The position numbers and the translations under genes are program-made. The notes under the pieces were generated by a model. The model did no database searches and was not told the DNA's origin. It saw only the letters and a program-made list of their open reading frames with translations. From Camelus ferus (Eukaryota), in assembly GCF_009834535.1 (NCBI RefSeq), contig NC_045697.1, positions 46,812,001-46,876,000 on the forward strand: a stretch of 64,000 nucleotides of DNA, given 5' to 3'. Below are positions 50,851-63,125 of the stretch, piece by piece. Numbering within the stretch: position 1 is the first letter of the stretch; each line of letters begins with the position of its first letter.

Positions 50851-52693
50851 AGTCCCTGCTCCATCTTCCATGAGTCTCTGTTACTTCTTTAGCATCATTC
50901 CACAACACTGATGACAAAAAGTCTCCCTCTGTGATCAGAATTTATACAATAAATACCACTGGAGTTTCTAATCAAAAGAAACATAAAGAAGAGAAGAAAG
51001 GAAAGTACTCAAAGTGCATCTTACTCCTCTTTTTACCTAGTCCATGTCTCACTCCACTACCAGTGAGGGCTTTTACTCTACCATTTTGCCCATAAAATAA
51101 GTGATTATATACTTTAGGTTTCTGCCACTGCAGGGGATGTTAATTCAAATCACTGTACTTAGTTTTCTGGTCTAAATATATATCTAACAGTCTGGATTGA
51201 ATTAGAAGAAGACCCTCACTTCCTTCCAGGAAATTTGTTTTTTTTTTAATAAAACACAAACAAATTTGGGAAACTGTACAAATTCTCTTTTGACAACGTT
51301 ATAAGTCTGTAGATGCTACTGAGAAAAGTACTAGTTTTGAAGCCTTAAGTAGTACTTGTACTACTTACAAGATGTTGCTTTTACAGTACAGACTTGTATG
51401 TATAGCATATATTATATACATATGTGTGTATACACAAATATATATAAACTTAAGTGAGGAGTAATTATAATATACCCTAATAAACATGTGGCATTCTTGC
51501 AGTCACTTTACATCTGCTTAATGGTCATGAAAAGAGCACTGTATTAGAACACAGATGCTCTTGGGGTCCGTTCCAGCCTCCCTACACCATATCCTCTACC
51601 TACTTCTCAGAAGACTGGCATGACATTGTGAGTTGGGTTTCATTTCTAAAATTGATTATTCCGATACAGTCTTGCTGTATTTTTGTAACTTGCTTATCGA
51701 TTACACATTAACCAAATGGATTCACATGGCCTAATTCCTATTTCACAACACTTTTAGTAAGAAATTTAACATTTAAATATTACTAAAATAAAAATTGTTC
51801 TTATTTTAGTTTAATTTTGTAGCAAAGTTAGGAGACAGTTAGCTACTTCCTCTTAATAATAATTTTACTTGCTAAAGTACCAATGCTAACCCACTTCCTA
51901 AGCAGAAAAGAAGTATTTCCGCTAGCTAAATTCAGCTGTTTAGCAATGGCATAAGTTTTCTTAAACTATCAAGAAATCATACCATTTAGTGTGCAGAAGG
52001 AAACAAATGTTTTCTCTTTTCACAAAAAGAAAAATTCAGTGTCCTTAATTACTCATGAATATAGCTCTATATAGAGAAATAATATATTCTTTATGCAATT
52101 ATTTGATGTTACATCAAGAGATCTTCAAAGTAAAGATATCCAAGATAGATAGTCACTTAAGTTTTCCTTTTAAAATTACAAAATGGTCCCAATGATTTAT
52201 ACCCCAGTAAAAACACAGACCCTTCATTCACCAACAGCCCACTCTTAAGAGTACAATGAAGAATTCTTCTCATGGATAATTTTGGACAGGGTTGTAAAGC
52301 AGAGGAAGGTCAGCCTCCTTGACCTTCATCATTCACCTTCTCATAACTTTTCCCTCAATCTCTCATTCACACTGAAGTCATCTGTAAAAGATCTAATGGA
52401 ATCAGAGTTTTAATTTCTGACATGGACTTTATAAATGCCTGAAATTATACTATATAAGTTCCTGCTTACTCTATCGATATGTGAGGCCAGCCTTGAGTTT
52501 GTATCACAGATTTTTAATTTTTTAAATATTACAGACTCCCTAGAAGTTTCAAAAACAATACAAAGAGTCCCCTGAACCTTTCACTCAGATTCACCAGTGC
52601 TCCACAGATTCTGAAATTTCCCTTTTCTGATGTCCATATTAAAACACCAGGAGACAAGTATATTCTTAACAAACATGACAAAGTCGCTCTCAC

Positions 52694-52708
52694 ATTTGTC
52701 TTGAAGGG
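52694..52708 (-). other. Candidate 15-nt microexon of an unidentified host gene
   Basis: ctaat...tgtcttcctgcag|CCCTTCAAGACAAAT|gtgaga. Frame-preserving, no stop in any frame, with TGCATG and a YCAY cluster upstream. Confidence 0.35.
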
Positions 52709-54799
52709 CTGCAGGAAGACAGCTAAATTATTAATTAGATCGCAAGTCGAACGATGCTAATATAGCATTGGTGAACATACTTGCTTCCAGGCTGGCATGA
52801 TATGGCATGCGAGTTGGCATGCAGTGTTACATGAACATATGGCAGGCAGAAGCTGCTGTTTCCTCCTAGGAAACAGCAATGGAAACGTCAGCTCCCACAC
52901 TATTGAAGACACACACCCCAAAACTCCTCAGTGCTGCTGAGGGCTTAGTACACATGCCACTTCCCAGTCACCGGGATGCGGAAATAAACCCTTCACGTGG
53001 TATCATGCCAGCAACCAGAGGCACTGAAAGTCTGTTTCCCCCAGAAGAGGAGGATGCAGAACCAGAAGTTCTCCCTGAAGCTGTTGGTGAGCGCACAGTC
53101 CCAGGCTTTCTATTTGCAGTTATGGGATTTCATCATAAAGAAAATTCTACTTGGAAAGACCTCAGCCATTCAAGTTTAGCCCTCTGCCTCCAAGCAAGCA
53201 TGTCCTTACAGAAAACAGGATCTGTGAGGATCCACTTCTTCATTTTACAGCTGGTAAAAAAGAAGAGCATTCTATGACTTGTCCAAATGTTGAGTCTGGC
53301 TGAATCTTTAAGACTCTCAGCATTTCTAGAATCCCACTGCTAAAGCAGTTCACTCTTTGTTATTAGTTTCTCTCCAAGTGTGATAACCTTCAGTCTCTGA
53401 AAATTCATCCAACTTTTGCCTAAATCTCCACCACTGAATTTCATTTTCTTCGTTCTGTTCTCTGTGGCAATAAAGCACATTCAGTATGTAATAAACTTGC
53501 ATCTTTTTGAAGCCTACTATTAAATTTTTCTCAGCTTTCCCTTAGTCAAATTATATATAGAATGCAGTTTCTTCAGGAAGAAGGCTGTGATCCAGGTCTA
53601 TGCTTTTGATTATTTATGTCTACTCGAAGCATTCCTATTTGCTTAAGTATCAAGCTTCCTAATACGTGACTGAATCATTCCCATTCTAGAAATTCCACCT
53701 ATAATTTAAAGTTCTATATAACACATAAAATAAAAAATTACATATAATTTCACAAAACATGCTTTTTGTCTTTCAATGTGCTTTTTATTTGAACAGTTTG
53801 AAATTCATCATTTGGTGGAATATGTTCTTCCAAGGGACTTGACTGGTTTAATAGAATACTTCTTCATTGAAAGAGTTAAGTCCTAATTACACTGTTTATA
53901 AATGTACAGTTTCCTTCCTCTTGGTCCCTGCTTTCTGCTCCCAAACCAATTGGTGACTCAATAAAGGTAAGAGAACCGGAAGGGAGGCTCCTCCGCGGTC
54001 TTCCCGCAGCCTGGAAATGAAAACTCCTTGCACTAGTTACTGGAAAAATTCCCTTCAACCAAAAGAAGACATTTTAAAAAATTCTCCTTTTCCTGCACAA
54101 AAGGAGCCTTGCATGTTGGGAGTGTAAAACAGTCAGCTTCTATAAGAACTCGGTGTCAGGAGGAACCAGCATCCCAACTGCAAAAGAGCCCAGGACCTCA
54201 GGCCCTGCCCCAGCAGTGCCATCATGCTGGGGCAAAGACTGCCCCCATCACTGCCCCCGAGAACCTCGGTTTCTTTTGTCTCTCTTCAGGCAATCCTGTG
54301 ACTATTTGGCCTTTATTGCTGTGGTTGTTGTCATGATTGGATTTTTCCATGTGATGTGGTGTTTTTCCAGGGGGGCAGAGTCCTCAACAGGATGTGTGCC
54401 AGGCAGAGCAGAATGCCATCATGTGGAGAACTGCGGCTGCCGGAGTGAGCTGCCTCCATCGCGGGGGATTTATCTCCGCAAGTGCTGATCATAATACTCC
54501 TTCACTAAATGACTCTGGATGAGCAGGGCTTTGGCAGAGGCCCTGGAAGTCCCATACTCTGTTGTAAAACTGAATGCCCATGTAATGGACGCTCAGGAGA
54601 ACTGGGGATGTGAGGGCAGGTGGGTGGGAGAGAGTCATGTCTAAAAGGCATAGAGGACAAGGCTCAAGACGGGGAGCAGAGGAATGGGAGCTTGTGGTCA
54701 GGTCTGCCCAACAGGCAGAAGGGACCAAGCCTGGACCCAGCTAGTTCAAAGGAGTAAAGATAATTTTTACAAGGAGTATAACCATAGTAATTGTAATTT

Positions 54800-57000
54800 T
54801 AGAGGAAAGAAACACACACACACATCATGTTTTAATATGTAGGTGAGAAGTGCTCTAAAGAAAAATAAAGCAGAGTTAGGGGATAGAGAGTGATGTAGGG
54901 GAATTTGTGTTGTTTTTTTAAAACCTGGCCAGGAAATGCCCCTTGACAAGTTGAAATGAGCTGAGATCTGACGAGGTGAGAGAGCAAGCCTTGCATATAA
55001 CTGGGGGAAGAATTTCAGGCAGAAGTAACAGTAAATGCAAAGGTCCTGGGATAGGAGTGTCATAGCTGTCAAGCAGGAAAGGGCTCAGTGTGTGCAAGAA
55101 CAGCAAGACCCCTCTGTGGGTGGGGGGAAGTAAGCTAGAGGGAGGCAGCTGGGGTGAGTCTTAGAGGGAGCAGGGGGCCAGATCAGACAGAGCCAGTGGT
55201 CCAGCTTAACAATTTGAAGTATTTTTCTGAGTGAGAGTGATACCAGTGGAGGGTTTTGAACAGAAGACTGACTTATCTGATCTCAGCCTTAAAAGAAATC
55301 ACTCTGTTGCTGTGTGGTAAACAGACCATAAGGGAGCAAAAATGGAAACAGGAATACCAGTTTGGAGGTTACAGAAGACATCCAGAAAAGAAATGACAGT
55401 CTGTGGACTAGAGCCGTACTAGCATAAGTGGAGGAAATTGGTCAGACTTGAAATATAAATTGAAGGTAAAGCCAACAGGGTTTGCTGATAAATTGAATTC
55501 AGGGTTTAAGAAAAGGAGAGGAGTGAAGATGACCCCAGAGATTTTAACCCAAGCAACTGGAAGGATGGGTTTACTATTTATTGAGATGTGGACGACTGGG
55601 GAAGGAAAAGGTTTGGGGAGAAAAGGAGCCTATTTTAGATATTTTAAGTTTGAAATGTCAATTAGATGTTCAAACAGAGAAGCTGAATAGGCAACTAGCC
55701 ATATGAATATGGAGTTTAGAATTCAGAGAGGCTCTCTCAATGATCGAGCGGACCTAGGGATCTAGCAGTGAGAAGGAAGCTGGGGCTGGAGTCTCATCAG
55801 GCTAGAGATGGTAAGCAAAGCCACGGAGCTGGATGAGATCACTTAGAAAGTGGGTGTAGATTAGAAACAGTTCAACAACTGAGTCCTGAAGCAGCCTCAC
55901 ATTTAGAGAAAGGTGGGAACGGTCCATGAAAGAAAACTGAAATAAAGTGGACAGTGAGACAAGAAAAACAAGAACGCTGCTCCACTAAACACAGAAAGTA
56001 TTTCAAGGAGGAGGAGTAAATAAAAGTGTCAAATGCTGATAGATTAAGAAATACAAGAAACATGGTGAAACACTGAATTTGGCCATGTGAAGAGCTTGGC
56101 AAAGTCAGGTATTTTGGGGTGGTGTGGATAAGCCTCATTAAAATGGTGCTAAGACAGCAGGAAGAAAAGCGGGAGAGAGTGAGAATAGACGAGTCTTTCA
56201 GGTTGTTTTGCTGTAAAAGCAGCAGAGAAATAAAATAGGACATGATGGAGAATGACAGGTTAAGAGAGATTTATTTTAACATGGGAGCTAGTACAGCTGG
56301 CTTGTGTATGATGGGAATGATACAGATTTAAAGAAAAATTTTCTGTCCCGAGAGGGGACAATTGCAGGAGAGACATTCTCGAACGGAATAGGATCAAATG
56401 CAGTGTTTCTCAAATTATCTGGTGATGAAAAACCATGTTTTCCCCCCTCAATCTGTCAAAGACCCATGTTACTGTAAAATATAATACAAAAGAATTATGA
56501 GAATAATGAAATAAGAAAACACAATCACATTATATACAAGATCAGTTTTTAAATTGTAAGATTCAGTAGATGTAAAATCAACTCTGTCAAATTGTTATAA
56601 ACGTTTTTATACATTTATTCTCTATTTCTGTTCTTGTATCATCACAAACCGATAACATTTATCAGTCAATGACCAGCAGCAGTCCATGGTTTGTACCTTA
56701 AATAGGGCTGATCTAGTGCCCAAGACAATGGAGGCGTTGACTTAAATAAGAGAAGGGACAGTACATCCAAAGTGAAATGTTGGGAAGGCAGAGGATATGG
56801 GCTCCGATGAAGTTAGAAGAGCAGGCTTCTGGGAGGATGGGGAGGTTGTCTCCTGTTGGCTTCTGTTTTGTCCTTGGAGATAGAGTGAGAGTGAAGATAG
56901 GGTTTGGGGTGTTGGAGGATTGATGAGAAAGAAAAGTATAAAGAAGAATGAGAGGATAATTTGACTAAGGAAATCTAGTAGAAATCCTAAGTGGTACTAC
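54800..57000 (-). mobile_element. L2 LINE, long fragment
   Basis: Purine-rich L2 antisense: 'gagaagtgctctaaagaaaaataaagcagag', 'tcactctgttgctgtgtgg', 'aagtttgaaatgtcaattagatg', 'gtgtcaaatgctg'. Confidence 0.88.
56401..56710. mobile_element. Non-autonomous hAT-Charlie element nested in L2
   Basis: Starts CAGTGTTTCTCAAA and ends ...aatagggCTG. Degenerate 8-bp TSD atcaaatg (56393-56400) / atctagtg (56711-56718). Confidence 0.75.
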
Positions 57001-58336
57001 AGACTCAAATCTGCCCCAGCCCCAGCTTAGTATTTTTCAGTGCTTTGACATGCTGATATCCCACCAACTCTCCAAGAGGGGTATATAGTTATAACATGCA
57101 GTATTTTTCAATATACTTAACATGATTTATTTGCTATTATTAACATTTAGTATGATTTATTTTTTTCAGAGCATTTTGTAGAATGTTGCACTAGATATCT
57201 TTATACACTTGGGTGCCTATTTCTGTTCAAGACCTAAGAATTCAGGACCTTAAGTGACTTAAAATGGCATAGAATACAGTTATAATACCTACCTAGGTTC
57301 AACCCTTAGCCCCATATTTTCCCCAAAAGCCTATCTTCTTCAAAGTTGAGTTTCTGAGTGATTATCTTTTCCACAGTTGATCCAGACACAAGATTTTAGC
57401 TCTAGGACAGAATATAGGCACCTTTCTCCCCTATCCTATCCCCATCTCTTCTCCTACATTAGTGATACAAATTAATGTGAAAGTCATGAGCTTTTCCATT
57501 CCATTGAGACCTGGATTCTATTATGTATATAGTTACTTGGAAAATATAGTGAATATAGTATAATACAGCTTTCTAAAGATATATACCATTTCCTAATGAA
57601 ATAGTAGAATCATAGAAAATGTTTCAGAGGTCATTTGGTCTCACACTCAGCCAAAACAACACCTGAAGTATCCAAGGCAGATGGCTGCCTGGCCCAAGGG
57701 TGTTGAGCCAGATTGAAGGTAGAAGCCAAAATTTACCAGTGTCATCAACAAAGGCCTGCATTTTTTTAAAAAAAGGAATAATTAGGCTATTTATTATGCC
57801 TTTGTTACAGGAATCTTTGTTAGATTTCTTTGTTAGAGAATCCTAAAATGTCTCAGTGTTATTTTATTTTAGCACTTTAAAAAGATATTTGTTTAAATCA
57901 TGTATCAATGTGCTTACTAAGGCAATTTTTAACTTCTCCTTTTCACCTTCACTTCAAAGCCTGCTGATATAGTTCTGAAAAGTGGCATACAGCCCTAAGG
58001 CCAAAAAGGATCCACCTTTGGTGTATATAACACCATAGCAGCAATGTTTAAAAAAGACTTAATAAAAATAATTTAAACAAGTGACTCCCTAGTTTTAAAG
58101 GGGCTCTCTTGAAACTCTGCATCCTTTGTTTTTTTACTTCCAATATTCTTAGCCAAGTAAAAAAGTGTTTTAGAAATGAAAAAAAAAAAAAACCCTAAAT
58201 TTCAGTGCGTGTAAGTAACTTCTCAAAATCAAAGAGATTAATAAGTACATCATCAGGATTTCAAATCAAGTTTTCTGCTTTGAGTTGAGGTTCCCTTTCC
58301 CTTTTGTTAGAGGTTATTTTCACACTTTCTGTGTTC

Positions 58337-58338
<2 letters not shown>

Positions 58339-58373
<35 letters not shown>
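58339..58373 (+). repeat. (CA)n microsatellite abutting the L1 5' junction
   Basis: Read directly from the sequence. Confidence 0.95.
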
Positions 58374-61365
58374 AAATCTCAGTAAACAACCTAACCCTAC
58401 ACCTAAAGGAACTAGAAAAAGAAGAATAAACAAAACCCAAAGTGAGTAGAAGGAAAAAAATAATAAATATCAGAGCAGAAATAAATGAAATAAAGACTTT
58501 AAAAAATAGAAAAGATCAATGAAACTAAGAGCTCATTCTTTGAAAAGATAAACAAAATTGATAAACTCTTAGCCAAGTTCATCAAGAAAAAAAAAGGAGG
58601 GAAGGCCTAAATGAATAAAATCAGAAATGAAAGTGAAGAAGTTACAACTAACACTACAGAAATATGAAGGATCATATGAGATTACTATGAACAATTATAG
58701 GGCGATAAAATGAACAATCTAAAAGAAACCACATAAATTCTTAGAAATATACAATCTCCCAAGACTGAATCCAAAAGAAATAGAAAACATGAACAGACCA
58801 ATTACCAGTAATGAAAATTGAATCAGTAAAAAACAAACAAACAAAACAAAACAAAATTCCCACAGTAGTCCAGAACCAGATGGCTTCACAGGTGAATTAT
58901 AGCATACATTTAAAGAAGAGTCAACACCTATCCTTCTCAAACTATACCAAAAAATTGAAGAGGAAAGAATGCTTCTCAACTCATTCTACAAGGCCAGCAT
59001 CACTCTGATACAAAAACCAGACAAAGATATTACAAAAAAAAGAAAATCAGAGGCCAATGTATCACTGATGAATAGAGATGCAAAAATCCTCAACAAAATA
59101 TTAGCAAACCAAATTCAATAGTACATTAAAAGGATCATACCTCATGATGAAGTGGAGTTTAATCCCAGAAGTAAAAGGATCATTCCATATCCTCAAAGCA
59201 ATCAATGTGATATACCATATCAAAAATTGAAGAGTAATATGATTATATCAATAGATACAGAAAAGACTTTTGACAAAATTCAACATCATTTATGATAAAA
59301 AAAAATACTCAATAAAGCAGATATAGAGAGAACATACTTCAACATAATAAAGGCCATATATGACAAACACACAGCCAACATCATCATGCTCAATGGGAAA
59401 AGCTGAAAGCATTTCCTCTAACATCAGAAACAGGACATGGATACCCATTCTCACTACTTTTATTCAAAGGAAGTATTGGAAGTCTTAGCTACAGCAATGA
59501 GAAAAAGAAATAAAAGGAATCCAGATTGGAAAGGGAAGAGTTAAACTGTCACTATTTGCAGATGGCATGATACTATACACAGAAAAATCCTCCAGACATC
59601 ACCAAAAAAATATTGGAGCTCACCAATGAATTCTGTAAAGTTGCAGGATACAAAACCAATATGCAAATATCTAATGCATTTCTGTACACTAACAATTAAC
59701 TGTCAGAAAGAGAAATTAAGAAAACAATCCTATTTATAATCACGTCAAAAGGAATAAAATACCTAGTAATAAATCTAACCAAGGAGGTGAAATATTGTAC
59801 TATAAACTGTAAGACAATAAAGAAAATGAAGACAACACAAATGGAAAGAAATATCATGCTCACAGATTAGAAGAATTAATATTGTTAAAAATGATCATAC
59901 TACCCAAGGCAATCTACAGACTCAATGCAATTCATATCAAAATACCAAAGGCATTTTTTACAGAACTAAAACAAAGAATCCTAAAATGTGTATGCAAACA
60001 CAAAGGACCCCAAATAGCCAAAATGGTATTGAGAAAGAAGAACAAAACTGGAGGTATCACGCTCCCTGATTTCAAACTATACTATAAAGCTACAGTCATC
60101 AAAATAGTATGGTATTGGCACAAAAACACATTCTTTAATGTAACAGAACAGAAAGCTCAGAAATAAACCCTTGCTATATGGTCAATTAATCTCCAACAAA
60201 GGAAGCAAGAATACACAATGGGGAAAAGACAGCTTCTTCAATAAATAATGTTGGGAAAACAGGACAGCCACATGCAAAAGAATCAAACTGAACCACTTTC
60301 TCACACCATATACAAAAATAAACTCAAAATGGATTAAAGACTTAGATGCAAGTCCTGAAGCCATAAAACTCCTAGAAGAAAATATAGGTAGTATGCTCTT
60401 TGACACTGGTCTTAACAATATATTTTTGGATTTGTCTCCTCAGTCAAGGGAAATAAAAGCAAAAATAAACAAATGAGACTACATTAAACCAAAAAGATTT
60501 TGTACAATAAAAGAAACTGTCAACAAAATGAAAAGGCCACCTACTGAATAGAAGATATTAGCAAATGATATGACTAATAAGGGGTTAATATAAAAAATAT
60601 ACAAATAACTTATACAACTCAACATAAAGAAACAACCTGATCTGATTAAAAATGAGCAGAGGACCTGAATAGGAATTTTTCCAAAGAAGATGTACAGATG
60701 GTCAAAAACCACATGAAAAGATGTTCAACATCACTAATCATTAGGGAAATGCAAATAAAAACCACAATAAGATATCACCTCACACCTGTCAGAATACCCA
60801 TCATCAAAAAAATAGCAATAAGTGTTGGTGAAGATGTGGAGAATAGGGAACCCCAGTGCACTGTTGGTGAGATTGTAAGTTGGTATAGCCACTATGGAAA
60901 ATGATATGGAGGTTCCTCAAAAAACTAAAAATAGAACTGCCATATGATCTAGCAATTCCACTTCTGGGTATTTATCCAAAGAAAACAAAAACAACAACTC
61001 AGAAAGATACATGCACACCAATATTCATTGAAGCATTACTTACAATAGCCAAGATACGGAAGCAACCTGAGTGTCCATCAATAGATGAATGGATAAAGAA
61101 GATGTGACATATATATATACACACACACATATATATATGTATACATTGTGCCATTTATGACAACAGGGATGGATATAGAAGGTATTATGCGAAGTGAATT
61201 AAGTCAAACAGAAAAAGACAAATATCTCATGATCTCACTTATATGTGGAATCTAAAAAAACAGGACAAATGAACAAAAACAAAACAAATGAATGAACATA
61301 ACCAAATGGAATCAGAGCCATAAATACATAGAAGGAGCAGGTGGTTGCCAGAGGGGTCATGGGGC
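58374..61365 (+). mobile_element. LINE-1, 5'-truncated: degenerate ORF2 (linker, RT, C-terminal domain) plus partial 3'UTR
   Basis: ORF-track fragments [36 protein letters not shown] and [15 protein letters not shown] are typical L1 ORF2p. The RT motif reads LFADGM at 59552-59569 (canonical FADD mutated). Many frameshifts and stops; no poly(A) tail. Confidence 0.97.
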
Positions 61366-61369
61366 ATAT

Positions 61370-61800
61370 AGGCTTATATATTCAGCTTTAGCAAATAATT
61401 GACAAATAGCTTTCCAAAATGACTGAAATTTATCCTCCAGCAGTGTATGAGGGTTCTGGTCTTTCTGTATCTTCACCAACACCTTTTTATTTTAGCCAGC
61501 ACCTATTTATTTTAGCCAAATGGTATTGTATTGTGAATTTAATTTCCATTTCCTAATGTAAATCAATTTGAGCACCTTTTCGTGTGTTCATTGGCCTGTG
61601 GATATCCTCAGTAAAGTGCTTGTCAAAGTCTTTTCTCATTTTGTAATGGGTTATCTGCCTTTTTCCCATTAATTTTGAAGATTTCTTTCCTTCATTAGAT
61701 ACAGGTTTTGAGATTATTTCATCCCATTCTGTGGCTTACGTTTTACTTCTCCTAAAGGTATATTTTGACGAACAGTAGTACATACTTTAATATAGTCTTT
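61370..61800 (-). mobile_element. Old L1M fragment
   Basis: 'ccagcagtgtatgagggttc...tcttcaccaacac...tttgagcaccttttcgtgtgttcattggcc'. Confidence 0.8.
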
Positions 61801-61959
61801 GGTGCACTTTTTAAAAAGCTTCTCTTAAGATCTTTATGGTCTTCCTTTTATCTGATTTGCCTACCTCACAGAATAATCAAAATCATACGTGATAAGGGAT
61901 ATGGAAATGCTTTCTAAAGAGCTAAGCAGTTATCACTGGTTATAATAATTTACAGTGGC

Positions 61960-63125
61960 TCTGCTTAATGAGCTTCAGAGTTATATAGACCATATCTCAC
62001 CTCTGCCATGTATTCTCTGAGTGAATTTAGGCAAGTGATTACTTCTTGGTCCTCAGTTTCCTAATCAATGAAGTAATGATAGTATCTAACTGATGGTGTT
62101 ATTGTAAAGATTAAATTAGGCACTGCATGTAAAGGACTTTACATAGCAGCTGGCTAAGGTAGGTTAAAGGTCAGTTATTATCTTCTTATAACTATGATAG
62201 AACTAGATGAACAAGAGAAGATGGAGCCCAGAAATCTTGATTCCCAGCAAGAGTAAATTTCTTTAAGAAGAGAAAAACAATGAGTTATTTTTGTGCTCAG
62301 AATAAATACTTTCATTTTGATTATAGATACTGATCACTTCATTTTGTTATGGTTTTTCACTATAATTAGAATAAAAGTAGTAACCAAAACATAAATCTAA
62401 AAGTTCTGGAAATGTTTATATTTAGATGTTATGAAATGGAGTTTTTACAAAATATAATCTTAAATTCAATCCCAACTTTGAGAAAACTACAGTTCAACCT
62501 AGTTGAATCTATCTTCTCTATGAAGTTGATTTATTCAAGCTGGTTCTTTTATTTTCTCTGATGAGTCACTAGAGTACTGGTTTTGAAGTAAGACATAGGT
62601 GGGTTTGATTTTCAGTTCCTCCATGCACACCTTAATTTCTTTATCTTTAAAATGGGAATAACTCCTATTGCCCTGAGTTATCATTTAAGAATTTGAGGTA
62701 AGATATATAAAGAACCTAATAGAGTAAGTGTACAGTAAGTAGCGACTGTTAGTCCTGTGGACACCAAACCACGAATCTCTCAAATTTCGAAGCAGTTCTA
62801 AATACAGTATTCTTTTTACATTTACTCCTGGCCAACAAAAATTATTCTGAAAAATATTTTATATTAAATCAACTGCCAAACATTATGATTTAGCAAAAGC
62901 ACCTGGTTGAATTTAGAGTTCTGAAGTCAGACTAGGTGGTTATATCAGCCCTGCCCTTTGTTAGCTGTGTAACCTTCCTTAATTTCTCTATGCCTCAGTT
63001 TCCTCATGTATAAAATGGTGATAATACCAACTTAAGAAACTGGATGAGTTAATGTTTGTAAAGCAGTTAGTACAAGGCCTGTCACATAAAAAGCTCTAAA
63101 TAAATATTTGAACAATAAATAAATA
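61960..63125 (+). mobile_element. Three MIR copies (~61960-62190, ~62570-62750, ~62890-63125)
   Basis: MIR cores 'cctcagtttcctaatc', 'aatttctttatctttaaaatgggaataa' and 'tgcctcagtttcctcatgtataaaatgg'. Confidence 0.85.

Noticed and set aside
50402..50864. Four overlapping ORFs
   Set aside because: All lie inside an MLT1 LTR.
51346..51367. 10-bp inverted repeat TAAGTAGTAC-tt-GTACTACTTA
   Set aside because: AT-rich, short and isolated; no functional context.
58719..61107. ORFs of 65-94 aa on both strands
   Set aside because: Fragments or antisense frames of a dead L1 ORF2, not host genes.
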